A stretch of 62,962 bases of DNA from an uncultured Planctomycetales bacterium (GTDB taxonomy: Bacteria; Omnitrophota; Gorgyraeia; Zapsychrales; Aceulaceae): NCBI GenBank assembly GCA_964648665.1, contig CAZYOA010000010.1, positions 1 through 62,962 of the forward strand. Direction: 5' to 3'. Positions 52,787-60,997 of the stretch are shown here, one piece after another. How positions within the stretch are numbered: position 1 is the first letter of the stretch; each line of letters begins with the position of its first letter. Both the position numbers and the translations under genes were made by a program. The notes beneath the pieces were generated by a model that saw nothing but the letters and a program-made list of their open reading frames with translations, did not search any database and had not been told where the DNA came from.

Positions 52787-52820
52787 AAGGTTGTAGATTC
52801 GAATCCTGTCCCTGCAGCCA
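52787..52820 (+). other. Decayed tRNA 3' fragment (tRNA-fMet-like), possible att-site relic
   Basis: AAGGTTGTAGATTCGAATCCTGTCCCTGCAGCCA: T-arm with a TTCGAAT loop, acceptor 3' strand and CCA. No 5' half upstream. Confidence 0.6.
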
Positions 52821-52984
52821 ATGTAATAGCGAGAGAGTCAATGATTCAGGTTATTGGCTCTTTTTGTTTATGGTGATAAAATAATAGATGCGAATGCGAT
52901 GTCGCCGGTATTAAATAAAAACTTTCCGCATCTATTCTTCTTTTCTATTATCTTTCCGATAATTATTTAAGCAACCCCTGTTTC

Positions 52985-53410
52985 TTATAAACAACTTTCT
53001 TCATATTTCTTCATTAATATTTTATATTCTTGTCGTAATTTTTCGTATTCAACTTTCGAAGCTTCATAACGCTTTCTTTCTGATTCATACCATGCTTTAT
53101 TAGCTTTATTTTCCTTTAACTGTTTATTATACTGTTTCTCATATTCTTCATATCGCCTATTATATGTTTCTAGCTGTTTATTGTATTGTTCCTTGTACTC
53201 TTTAGATTGCTTATTATATGTTTTAAGTCGTTCTTTATATTTAGAATCTTGCTCTTCTAAAATTTTGAGAATTTTGTCAATCTTTTGGTCTTGTTTTTCT
53301 ATTTTTTTGATTAACAATGAATTATCTGATGAAGCAGTGCTAGCAAAAGCTAGCGAGGGAATAAGTAAGCCGGCTACTGCTGCGAAAAGTATGATTTTAT
53401 TTTTAAACAT
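52985..53410 (-). CDS. Small secreted coiled-coil protein (141 aa, start reassigned)
   Basis: AAGGAGG RBS precedes the ATG at 53410 (MFKNKIILFAAVAGLLIPSLAFA is a signal peptide). The mature part has YKEQYNKQL/YEKQYNKQL repeats. Confidence 0.75.
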   Translation of the reverse strand: MFKNKIILFAAVAGLLIPSLAFASTASSDNSLLIKKIEKQDQKIDKILKILEEQDSKYKERLKTYNKQSKEYKEQYNKQLETYNRRYEEYEKQYNKQLKENKANKAWYESERKRYEASKVEYEKLRQEYKILMKKYEESCL

Positions 53411-53413
53411 TTC

Positions 53414-53449
53414 AACCTCCTTTTTAATTATTCTATAACATGAATCGCC
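53414..53449 (-). repeat. 36-bp upstream element (promoter + RBS), copy 1 of 2
   Basis: AACCTCCTTTTTAATTATTCTATAACAT is identical at 53414-53441 and 53905-53932. The minus strand reads ATGTTATAGAATAATTAAAAAGGAGGTT. Confidence 0.85.
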
Positions 53450-53538
53450 TAGGTTGCCCTGCGACAAGCAATTGCATCTTTTGGCGGTTAGAAGGACTTT
53501 TAATTTCTTAATGATGTACCAGATTTGTGCCAAGTCCC

Positions 53539-53901
53539 TTATTTTTCAGACGAGCCATACAAACCTTTACTATGATTAATAAGTAAATTGTTTTGGTCCA
53601 TCAAGAATACTGTTGTACATAAGATAGTAAACCCTAAAATCCAACAGAAAAGCGTGACAACAAGCATCTTTTCGACTTTTCTTGATATAATTTTATATTC
53701 TGGATTTTTTTGAGTCAACTCTCGGACTATTCTAAGCTTTTCTTTTAGAGAATAAAAAATCCAAAAAGGTGAATCTTCTTCTTTGCATACGAAAATGAAT
53801 TTTTGAAGATTATAGTATAAAAAAACTATAAAGGGCACGACAAAAACTAAAATTGCATAAGGAATAACAAATGGTGTTGGGTCTAGCGGGAATATCTCCA
53901 T
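53539..53901 (-). CDS. Small two-TM membrane protein, unknown function (120 aa, start reassigned)
   Basis: AAGGAGG RBS before the ATG at 53901 (MEIFPLD...). Two hydrophobic helices flank a basic loop. Confidence 0.75.
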   Translation of the reverse strand: MEIFPLDPTPFVIPYAILVFVVPFIVFLYYNLQKFIFVCKEEDSPFWIFYSLKEKLRIVRELTQKNPEYKIISRKVEKMLVVTLFCWILGFTILCTTVFLMDQNNLLINHSKGLYGSSEK

Positions 53902-53904
53902 CGT

Positions 53905-53940
53905 AACCTCCTTTTTAATTATTCTATAACATAAATCGTC
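53905..53940 (-). repeat. 36-bp upstream element (promoter + RBS), copy 2 of 2
   Basis: Matches 53414-53449 (28 bp identical core). Confidence 0.85.
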
Positions 53941-54277
53941 ACAGGTAAAGAAAATCCCCACTATTACCAAAAGACAATGAATAATTAAGAAATTATGAGA
54001 ATAAACAAAGGTACCCTGTAATTAACAAGATTTCTTTGCGTAGAATAAGCTAATATTTCAACAATAAACATACGGTCGTTTATTTAGTTTAAGCATCAGC
54101 GTCTAGGAACGCTTCTAAGCGTCTAGTTGTTTAAGATGTAGAAAGATATGTATGTGTCAACAGCGTGCAGCAGGACGTAACCTCAAGCGAATGAAGGCTA
54201 GTCTTTAGTGTGTTTGTCGAGGAGGATAGAGAAATAGTACATATAAAAGTAAGGGTTCCCATTGGCTCAGAGGGCTT

Positions 54278-54296
54278 CCCACCCATCCCCTGCCCC
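54278..54296 (-). other. Canonical G-quadruplex motif
   Basis: The minus strand reads GGGG-CA-GGGG-AT-GGG-T-GGG in an otherwise very AT-rich region. Confidence 0.7.
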
Positions 54297-54310
54297 TATG
54301 TATATTATAA

Positions 54311-54363
54311 ACCAACACACTGGATTAATAACATTTTTAAGGATTCAAGGTTAACCATGTTAC
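54311..54363 (-). repeat. ~54-bp intergenic array repeat, copy 1 of 4
   Basis: ACCAACACACTGGATTAATAACATTTTTAAGGATTCAAGGTTAACCATGTTAC, followed on the minus strand by TATAAT (54304-54309). Confidence 0.85.
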
Positions 54364-54735
54364 TTATAAACTCTTATTCTTAAAGCACTCGTAGCCTTTT
54401 ACAGGATTTCTACAATAATCGGAAATCCTTTCCTGTTCCATAAGAATATGCCCACGATGCACATTATTCAATCGTATGCAATTACAAACAACAAGCAGAA
54501 TTGTTATTGTCCAATAAATAAATATGAACTGAAAGTTTTTAGTTCTTTTGAAGGATACAATAATGCCAAAAAAAACTAGCGAACTACTGATAATCGCAAG
54601 CATGGAATAATTCTTTATTAATGTGTCTAAAATGTAACTACCAGAGCGTGGCGAATAAGCCATGCTTAAATAAAATGTTATCAATCCTGTTAAAATACAA
54701 AAAATAGCAATAAAGCTAGTGAGGAATTTCTTCAT
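54364..54735 (-). CDS. Small three-TM membrane protein, unknown function (probably leaderless)
   Basis: 123 aa with three hydrophobic helices and a C-terminal Cys pair. The ATG lies 6 nt after a TGaTATAAT box and there is no RBS. Confidence 0.75.
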   Translation of the reverse strand: MKKFLTSFIAIFCILTGLITFYLSMAYSPRSGSYILDTLIKNYSMLAIISSSLVFFGIIVSFKRTKNFQFIFIYWTITILLVVCNCIRLNNVHRGHILMEQERISDYCRNPVKGYECFKNKSL

Positions 54736-54748
54736 ATTTTTATTATAT

Positions 54749-54801
54749 CACCACACGCTAAATTATATATACTTTTAGAAAAGGGATGGTAACTAGTTTA
54801 C
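54749..54801 (-). repeat. ~54-bp intergenic array repeat, copy 2 of 4 (most diverged)
   Basis: CACCACACGCTAAATTATATATACTTTTAGAAAAGGGATGGTAACTAGTTTAC. It overlaps the stop of 54798..55184. Confidence 0.7.
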
Positions 54802-55184
54802 TTTGTTGCTTTGAGACGGTTATCTTTCTCAAACTCTATAATTTTAAGAATTAGATAGAGTATTCCTCCAGGGAGAAGAGCAAAGACAAAAATAATACCT
54901 TCCGTCTGAACTACTTCGTGTTGAGCAAGGTTATTCGAACATCCTATGATAACAGGAATGGCGTATCCCACTAAAGCAGCTTCTAGGGTTCGAAACCGAT
55001 ATGCTACGAAGAATGTTATTGCGATGAGAATGAGTGGAGGTATTAATATTTTTAGTAAGACTATTCCAATTCCGTCATAGATAGGAACGCTCATTTCTCT
55101 TAATAGTGGCAAAAGTTGGAGCGTAAAGATGAATGTGGAAATAAATACAAAGAGCATCTTTAGAAGCTTCTTGAAAATATTCAT
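54798..55184 (-). CDS. Small four-TM membrane protein, unknown function
   Basis: 128 aa, four hydrophobic segments, CCTAGGAGGAAA RBS. Confidence 0.75.
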   Translation of the reverse strand: MNIFKKLLKMLFVFISTFIFTLQLLPLLREMSVPIYDGIGIVLLKILIPPLILIAITFFVAYRFRTLEAALVGYAIPVIIGCSNNLAQHEVVQTEGIIFVFALLPGGILYLILKIIEFEKDNRLKATK

Positions 55185-55213
55185 TATTTCCTCCTAGGTT
55201 GCTTTTATTGTAT

Positions 55214-55267
55214 CACCCACACGCTGAATTAATAACATTTTTAAGAAACTAGAGGCAACTAGTTTAC
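55214..55267 (-). repeat. ~54-bp intergenic array repeat, copy 3 of 4
   Basis: CACCCACACGCTGAATTAATAACATTTTTAAGAAACTAGAGGCAACTAGTTTAC, followed on the minus strand by TGaTACAAT. Confidence 0.85.
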
Positions 55268-55298
55268 CCGCTCTCTAAATTATAATAACTTTATGAGA

Positions 55299-55532
55299 TT
55301 AGTCTTTTTTATCAGAAGCTTTGAACATCTCAGGGAAAACTTTCATAATAAACACTGTGATTATAAAAACTAAAAAGAAATTCGAAAAAATGAGTGTACC
55401 ACTTCTCCAGTTTGGGATTACAATGGCGAAAATGATTTTTTTAGTGAGGTGCATTAATCCTCCAATATTCAGCAGATACATTGCAAATATTGTCCACTCC
55501 TGCGTTTTCCATCTTTTCATTGGACTGGTCAT
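55299..55532 (-). CDS. Small two-TM membrane protein, unknown function
   Basis: 77 aa, with the same CCTAGGAGGAAA RBS as the neighbouring gene. Confidence 0.65.
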   Translation of the reverse strand: MTSPMKRWKTQEWTIFAMYLLNIGGLMHLTKKIIFAIVIPNWRSGTLIFSNFFLVFIITVFIMKVFPEMFKASDKKD

Positions 55533-55580
55533 GTTTCCTCCTAGGCGATGGTTAGTAATATTTTATTTTACATCAGTTTT

Positions 55581-55635
55581 AACCCACACGCTGAACTAAT
55601 AACATTTTTAAGGATTTAGAGGTTAACCATGTTAC
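55581..55635 (-). repeat. ~54-bp intergenic array repeat, copy 4 of 4
   Basis: AACCCACACGCTGAACTAATAACATTTTTAAGGATTTAGAGGTTAACCATGTTAC, nearly identical to copy 1. Confidence 0.85.
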
Positions 55636-55766
55636 TTGCCAGGAAAGGAAAAGCGACAGATGGAATAATTATTTTCCAAGATGAATTCATTATAAATTTT
55701 CCTTTAAAATCATTATAAGCTAAAGTTGTGATTAAGAAAACAATGCATTGTAAATAATTGTATTAT

Positions 55767-57293
55767 TTACCACATTCGATCTAGTGATCGATATTGAATA
55801 GCTTCAGAAATATGTTCTGGCAGGATTTCTTTTTGTTGATCTAAGTCGGCAATGGTTCGCGCTACTTTTAAGATTTTATTATGTGCTCGAGCAGATAGGC
55901 TCAATTCATCGATGGCAACTTTAAGCAGATCTTGTGATTCCTGGGAAACACAGCAGAAAGCTTTGATTTGACGATTTTGCATTTGAGCGTTGGAAAATAC
56001 TTTTGTATCAACAAATCTTTTGTTTTGAATTTCTCGCGCGGCAACAGTTCTTTTCTTGATATCAGCTGACGATTCTCTGTGCTTGTCAGAAAATAAATCT
56101 TGTGATTTTAAGGATGGAACTTCGAGATGAATATCTATGCGGTCTAAAAGAGGGCCTGAAATCTTAGATAGATATTTTTGAATTTTTTGCGGTGTGCAAT
56201 GACATTCTTTCTTGGGATCCGTATACCAGCCACACGGGCATGGGTTCATCGCAGAAACAAGCATGAATTTAGATGGAAATTTCACAGTTTTATGGGCTCT
56301 AGCGATATGAACGCAATGATCTTCAAGGGGTTGTCTGAGTGCTTCAAGGACATTTTGATTAAATTCAGGCAGTTCGTCTAGAAATAGAATGCCGTTATGT
56401 GCAAGGCTGACTTCGCCGGGCCTGGGAATAGTCCCTCCACCGACTAAAGCAGCATCACTTGCGGTGTGATGAGGACAGCGAAAAGGGCGCTTGCTAATAT
56501 TTTTTAGATTTGCATCGATTAATCCAGATGCTGAGTGAATTTGGGCGGTTTCTAAAGCTTCGGCGATAGTTAAATTTGGTAATATTGTTGCAAGTCTTTT
56601 TGCAAGCATCGTTTTTCCGCTTCCAGGTGGACCGATTAGAAGAACGTTGTGTCCACCTGCAGCAGCGACTTCTAATCCTCTTTTAACATGCGATTGGCCT
56701 TTGACTTCTTGAAAATCGATATCATATGAGCTGGATTGATTGAATATTTCTTCGATGTTTATTTTAAAAGGTTTTATAGAGCTTGGATCTTGAAGAAAAT
56801 GAACAGTTTGCTTTAATGATTGAACAGGAAAAACATCTAAATTATTGGCAAGAGCTACTTCATGAGCATTCTTTTCTGGGACAATAATACCGTCAAATTT
56901 CTTCTTGGATGCACGCATAGCAATAGAGAATGCACCTTTGACAGGCTCAATCTCACCGCCTAAAGAAAGCTCGCCTAAGATAATATATTTTTTAAGATTT
57001 GATATTGTTATTGTTTGATTTGAATTTAAGATACCAAGGGCAATGGCTAGATCAAAGAAGGGACCTTCTTTTTTGATATCACCTGGAGATAGATTAACTG
57101 TTATTCTTTGAGCGGGAAACTTATAGCCGCTATTTTTTATGGCAGAACGAACGCGTTCTTTGCTTTCTTTAACAGCTGGATCTGGAAGCCCAACAATAAT
57201 AATGCAGGGAAGACCGCGAGAAATATCAACTTCAACTCTAATAAGGGTAGCTTCTAAGCCGGAAAGACCAAAACTGTAAATTTTTGAAAGCAT
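55767..57293 (-). CDS. comM: YifB/ComM Mg-chelatase-related AAA+ ATPase
   Basis: MLSKIYSFGLSG, GLPDPAVKESKERV, NLSPGDIKKEG, GELSLGG, GPPGSGKTMLA, RCPHHTAS, GEVSLAHNGILFLDELPEF, MNPCPCG, SGPLLDRID. The start was moved to MLSK at 57293. Confidence 0.93.
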   Translation of the reverse strand: MLSKIYSFGLSGLEATLIRVEVDISRGLPCIIIVGLPDPAVKESKERVRSAIKNSGYKFPAQRITVNLSPGDIKKEGPFFDLAIALGILNSNQTITISNLKKYIILGELSLGGEIEPVKGAFSIAMRASKKKFDGIIVPEKNAHEVALANNLDVFPVQSLKQTVHFLQDPSSIKPFKINIEEIFNQSSSYDIDFQEVKGQSHVKRGLEVAAAGGHNVLLIGPPGSGKTMLAKRLATILPNLTIAEALETAQIHSASGLIDANLKNISKRPFRCPHHTASDAALVGGGTIPRPGEVSLAHNGILFLDELPEFNQNVLEALRQPLEDHCVHIARAHKTVKFPSKFMLVSAMNPCPCGWYTDPKKECHCTPQKIQKYLSKISGPLLDRIDIHLEVPSLKSQDLFSDKHRESSADIKKRTVAAREIQNKRFVDTKVFSNAQMQNRQIKAFCCVSQESQDLLKVAIDELSLSARAHNKILKVARTIADLDQQKEILPEHISEAIQYRSLDRMW

Positions 57294-57330
57294 AAACCTA
57301 TACTTTGTTTGTGGGGACGCAAGCATAAAT

Positions 57331-57360
57331 AAGGTAGCATAAAATGAATCTCTTCGTCAA
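57331..57360 (-). promoter_or_regulatory. Putative sigma70 promoter for comM
   Basis: TTGACG-N18-TACCTT with an extended -10 TG. Confidence 0.45.
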
Positions 57361-57457
57361 GCCAAAAATAAGATCGGCAAGATTTGTTTTATTAATATTA
57401 TTACTAATAAAAATAATGTATAATAATTTATAATTTAAAGGTAAATGATAAAAGATC

Positions 57458-57486
57458 TTGCTTTTTAGAGGGTCAAATTTTATAAT
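57458..57486 (+). promoter_or_regulatory. Putative sigma70 promoter for the DUF212-LDT-accA-rlmN operon
   Basis: TTGCTT-N17-TATAAT. Confidence 0.65.
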
Positions 57487-57619
57487 GGTACATTAATATT
57501 GAGTATTTGCTTGCAGGATCTTCAAGGAAGTTTTGAAGGCTTTATTTTTGGGATAAAGGCGCAGACGGCTTCATAGCCTATTTTTTATAAAACATCTGCT
57601 TATTTTAAAAGGAGAAAAT

Positions 57620-58075
57620 TTGAATACTGTTTTACAGGAATTTGTTTCTAATAAAGTTTTGATTGTTACGCTTTTAGTTTGGTTTATTGCTCAAACGATT
57701 AAGGTCATTATTGGCATTTTTAATGAAAAAAGATTTGATTTTAAATGGTTTATTGGTACCGGAGGCATGCCTTCGAGTCATGCGGCAGGTGTAACAGCTC
57801 TTGCGACAACATGTGGTATTCATCTTGGTTTTGATTCTGTGTCTTTTGCTTTGGCAGCTATTTTTGCTATGGTTACGATGTTTGATGCGCAAGGGGTTCG
57901 CTGGGCAACTGGTCAACAAGCGCAGATTCTAAATAAAATAATGGATGATATCTATTGGCGCGGCAAGGTTGAATCTGAGCATCTTAAAGAGCTTGTAGGC
58001 CATACACCAATTCAGGTTTTTGCAGGATCTCTTTTAGGGCTTGTTGTTTCAATTTTTCTTTATTATAAACTTTAA
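57620..58075 (+). CDS. Divergent PAP2 family protein (DUF212/YuiD-like)
   Basis: AQTIKV, GGMPSSHAA, MFDAQGVR, LKELVGHTP.QV.AG. TTG start with a GGAG RBS. Confidence 0.9.
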   Translation: MNTVLQEFVSNKVLIVTLLVWFIAQTIKVIIGIFNEKRFDFKWFIGTGGMPSSHAAGVTALATTCGIHLGFDSVSFALAAIFAMVTMFDAQGVRWATGQQAQILNKIMDDIYWRGKVESEHLKELVGHTPIQVFAGSLLGLVVSIFLYYKL

Positions 58076-58087
58076 TTTTTAAGCGAG

Positions 58088-58909
58088 GTGATCGTGAATA
58101 AGAAGTTATGGATTGTTGCAGGAGTTATTGTTTTTCTTGTGCTTTTAAAGGTTGTTTCAACTCCAAAGTCATCGAGTGATATTTCTAAAAAGAGTCGCGC
58201 TTCTACGCAAGAAGCTTCAGAGCTTTATGAACAGGCTATAAAGCTAGAAGAAGGCAAGGATTGGTCTGAAGCCAAAGTTGTTTATGATCAGATCATGAAT
58301 GATCATTTTGATTTTGATCAAATCGAGGATGTTCAAAAGAAATTAGAAGAGTTAAATTTGAAAATTATTTTTTCTAATATTCAGACTCCGAGTAGTGTTA
58401 TTCATATTGTTGAAAAAGGAGATTCTTTAGGTAAGGTTGGGCAAAAATATAATTGTACGATTGCGCTTATTAAGAAAAGCAATAATCTTAAAAATGATGT
58501 GATTCGTTTAAACCAAAGACTTCGTGTTTGGACAGGACAATTTAGCGCTTTGGTTGATAAGTCTCAAAATGCATTGACTTTAAAGTCTGATGACGAAATT
58601 GTTAAGGTTTATACTATTTCTACGGGAGAAAACAATTCAACTCCTGTTGGAACATTTGTGATTGAAACAAAGCTTGTTGATCCAGTTTGGTTTAAGAGTG
58701 GGGCAATTATTCCGCCGGATAGTCCAAAAAATGTCCTGGGAACACGATGGATGGGATTTGATATTCCTGGATACGGTATTCACGGGACAACAGAGCCGGA
58801 ACTTCTAGGTCAACAGGTTACTGCTGGATGTGTGCGTATGCGTAATGATGAAGTTGAAGAGCTTTATGATATTTTACCATTTGGAACCAAGATTACAGTT
58901 GTTGATTAA
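58088..58909 (+). CDS. LysM-containing L,D-transpeptidase (YkuD family)
   Basis: N-terminal anchor; LysM HIVEKGDSLGKVG...IKKSNNL; catalytic GYGIHGT...TAGCVRM. Confidence 0.92.
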   Translation: MIVNKKLWIVAGVIVFLVLLKVVSTPKSSSDISKKSRASTQEASELYEQAIKLEEGKDWSEAKVVYDQIMNDHFDFDQIEDVQKKLEELNLKIIFSNIQTPSSVIHIVEKGDSLGKVGQKYNCTIALIKKSNNLKNDVIRLNQRLRVWTGQFSALVDKSQNALTLKSDDEIVKVYTISTGENNSTPVGTFVIETKLVDPVWFKSGAIIPPDSPKNVLGTRWMGFDIPGYGIHGTTEPELLGQQVTAGCVRMRNDEVEELYDILPFGTKITVVD

Positions 58910-58934
58910 TTATTAATTTTTTTTAAGGGAAAAA

Positions 58935-59891
58935 ATGAGCAGATTAGATTTTGAAAAACCTATTTATGAATTAGAATCTAAAATTAATGAGTTAAAGAAT
59001 TTTGATTCTAAAAAAAGTGTTGATTTATCTCCAGAAGTTAAGAAGCTTCAAAACAAGCTTGAAAAGATGAAAATGGATGTTTATCAAAAGCTTTCTCCTT
59101 GGCAACGTATTCAGATCGCGCGTCATCCTGATAGGCCGTATACTCTTGATTATATAAAAATGATTGCTCAGGATTTTGTTGAGCTTCATGGTGATCGATT
59201 GTTTGCTGATGATTATGCAATGATTTCTGGGTTTGCAACGGTTGCAGATCAAAAGGTTTTGATTATCGGTCATCAAAAGGGACGTGATATTAAAGAAAAT
59301 GTAATGCGGAATTTTGGTTGTGCGCATCCAGAAGGGTATCGAAAAGCTATGCGATTGATGAAGTTGGCGGAGAAGTTTAATTTGCCAGTTTTGATTTTTA
59401 TTGATACTCCCGGAGCCTATCCAGGCATTGGTGCTGAAGAAAGAGGCCAAGCTCAAGCGATTGCGACAAATTTAATGGAAATGGCACAAATATCTGTTCC
59501 TATTGTTGCTATTGTTATTGGAGAAGGTGGTAGTGGAGGAGCGCTGGGTATTGGAGTTGCCGATAAGGTTCTTATTTTGCAACATGCGTATTATTCTGTT
59601 ATTTCTCCTGAAGGATGTGCTTCGATTCTTTGGCGCAATAGTGTGCGTGCCCCGGATGCAGCTAAAGCGCTTAAAATTATGGGCGAAGATCTATTGGAAT
59701 TTGGAATGGTTGAAGCTGTTATTGAAGAGCCTTTAGGTGGTGCTCATCGAGATCCAGAAGCTGTTGCCGAGAAGATCAAAACTCATGCGATTGAATATAT
59801 TAAAGCGCTTAAAAAGTTATCTAAAAAAGAGCTTTTAGATGAGCGTTATCAGCGTTTTCGTAAGATAGGAAGATTTACCGAAGAAAAATAA
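58935..59891 (+). CDS. accA: Acetyl-CoA carboxylase carboxyltransferase alpha subunit
   Basis: LDFEKPI, ARHPDRP, ELHGDR, IGHQKGR, PEGYRKA, IDTPGAYPGIGAEERGQ, GEGGSGGAL, YSVISPEGCASILW. Confidence 0.97.
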   Translation: MSRLDFEKPIYELESKINELKNFDSKKSVDLSPEVKKLQNKLEKMKMDVYQKLSPWQRIQIARHPDRPYTLDYIKMIAQDFVELHGDRLFADDYAMISGFATVADQKVLIIGHQKGRDIKENVMRNFGCAHPEGYRKAMRLMKLAEKFNLPVLIFIDTPGAYPGIGAEERGQAQAIATNLMEMAQISVPIVAIVIGEGGSGGALGIGVADKVLILQHAYYSVISPEGCASILWRNSVRAPDAAKALKIMGEDLLEFGMVEAVIEEPLGGAHRDPEAVAEKIKTHAIEYIKALKKLSKKELLDERYQRFRKIGRFTEEK

Positions 59892-59932
59892 ACAATGATA
59901 TTTTTGTCTGCATTTTAAACGGCTAATTATTT

Positions 59933-60997
59933 ATGAGCTGCTCTCCCACAATAAAAAAAGATCTTAAAGATATTACATATGAAGAATTAGTTTCTTATCT
60001 TAAGGAAAATGATGAGAAAGCATTTCGTTCAAATCAAATCTTTGATTGGATTTATAAAAAGAATATTGATCGCTTCGATCAAATGAAAAATGTTGCCCCT
60101 ACGCTTCTAAGGAAGCTTTCTAGCCATTTTAATTTTTTTCATTTTCATTCCTCCCAAAAGCTTGCTTCTAAAGATGGAACAATAAAATTTTTGTTTGAGG
60201 TCGATCCCGGCCAGTATATAGAAACAGTCTTAATTCCGGCAAAAGGAAGATTGACTTTGTGTGTTTCGACTCAAATTGGATGCAAATTTAAATGTTTTTT
60301 TTGTGCAAGCGGAAAGAACGGATTGATGCGCAATTTAACATGTGGTGAAATTGTTAGCCAGATTTTATGTGCACAAAAAGAATCTGGATTAGGCAAGATC
60401 ACTCATATTGTTTTTATGGGCGTCGGAGAACCTTTTGATAATTATGATAATGTTTTAAAAGCTATAAGAATTATTAATGATCCGAAAGCATTTGGCATTG
60501 CTGCACGAAAAATTACAGTGTCAACATGTGGCATTATTCCAAAGATTAAAGAATTTTCAACTTGCGGCATGCAGATTGAGCTTGCAATCTCTTTGCACGG
60601 TTCGAATAGTCAAATTCGTAGTCAGCTAATGCCGGTGAATAAGAGATATCCGCTAGAAAATCTCTTGGAAACAGCTTGCGAATACAGCAAAAAAACAAAC
60701 CGACAAATTACATTTGAGTATGTTCTAATAAAAGATTTTAATGCTAGTATGAAGCATGCCAGAGAGCTTGCAAAGCTTTTAAAGGGAATGTTGTGTAAGG
60801 TTAACTTGATTGCCTACAATCATGCTGATGTTAGTCGATGTTCATCGGTAACGCGTAAAGATATTGCTTTTTTTAAGAGTGCATTGGAAGAAAAGGGAAT
60901 CGTTGTAACAATTCGAATGCCTCGCGGAGAGGATATTGATGCTGCGTGTGGCCAGCTTCGTTATCGACATACGAAAAAAAGAAAAATACAGTCTTAG
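59933..60997 (+). CDS. rlmN: Dual-specificity 23S rRNA/tRNA A-C2 methyltransferase (radical SAM)
   Basis: DGTIKFLF, IETVLIP, CVSTQIGCKFKCFFCASG, VFMGVGEP, ITVSTCG, LAISLH, TFEYV, VNLI, RGEDIDAACGQL. Confidence 0.95.
   Translation: MSCSPTIKKDLKDITYEELVSYLKENDEKAFRSNQIFDWIYKKNIDRFDQMKNVAPTLLRKLSSHFNFFHFHSSQKLASKDGTIKFLFEVDPGQYIETVLIPAKGRLTLCVSTQIGCKFKCFFCASGKNGLMRNLTCGEIVSQILCAQKESGLGKITHIVFMGVGEPFDNYDNVLKAIRIINDPKAFGIAARKITVSTCGIIPKIKEFSTCGMQIELAISLHGSNSQIRSQLMPVNKRYPLENLLETACEYSKKTNRQITFEYVLIKDFNASMKHARELAKLLKGMLCKVNLIAYNHADVSRCSSVTRKDIAFFKSALEEKGIVVTIRMPRGEDIDAACGQLRYRHTKKRKIQS

Noticed and set aside
53411-53533. Longer N-terminus of the 52985..53533 ORF (and likewise 53902-53970 for the next ORF)
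   Set aside because: The extensions translate the repeated promoter/RBS block (both give CYRIIKKEV). Strong AAGGAGG sites point to the internal ATGs at 53410 and 53901.
54311-55635. Repeats as integron attC sites
   Set aside because: There are no RYYYAAC/GTTRRRY core pairs in all copies, no complementary L boxes or full-length stem, the units carry their own promoters, and no intI is in the window.
54311-55635. Repeats as a CRISPR array or as dif/pdif sites
   Set aside because: Spacers are 310-410 bp and hold genes, the repeats are too long and variable, there are no cas genes, and there is only a 6-bp resemblance to the XerD arm.
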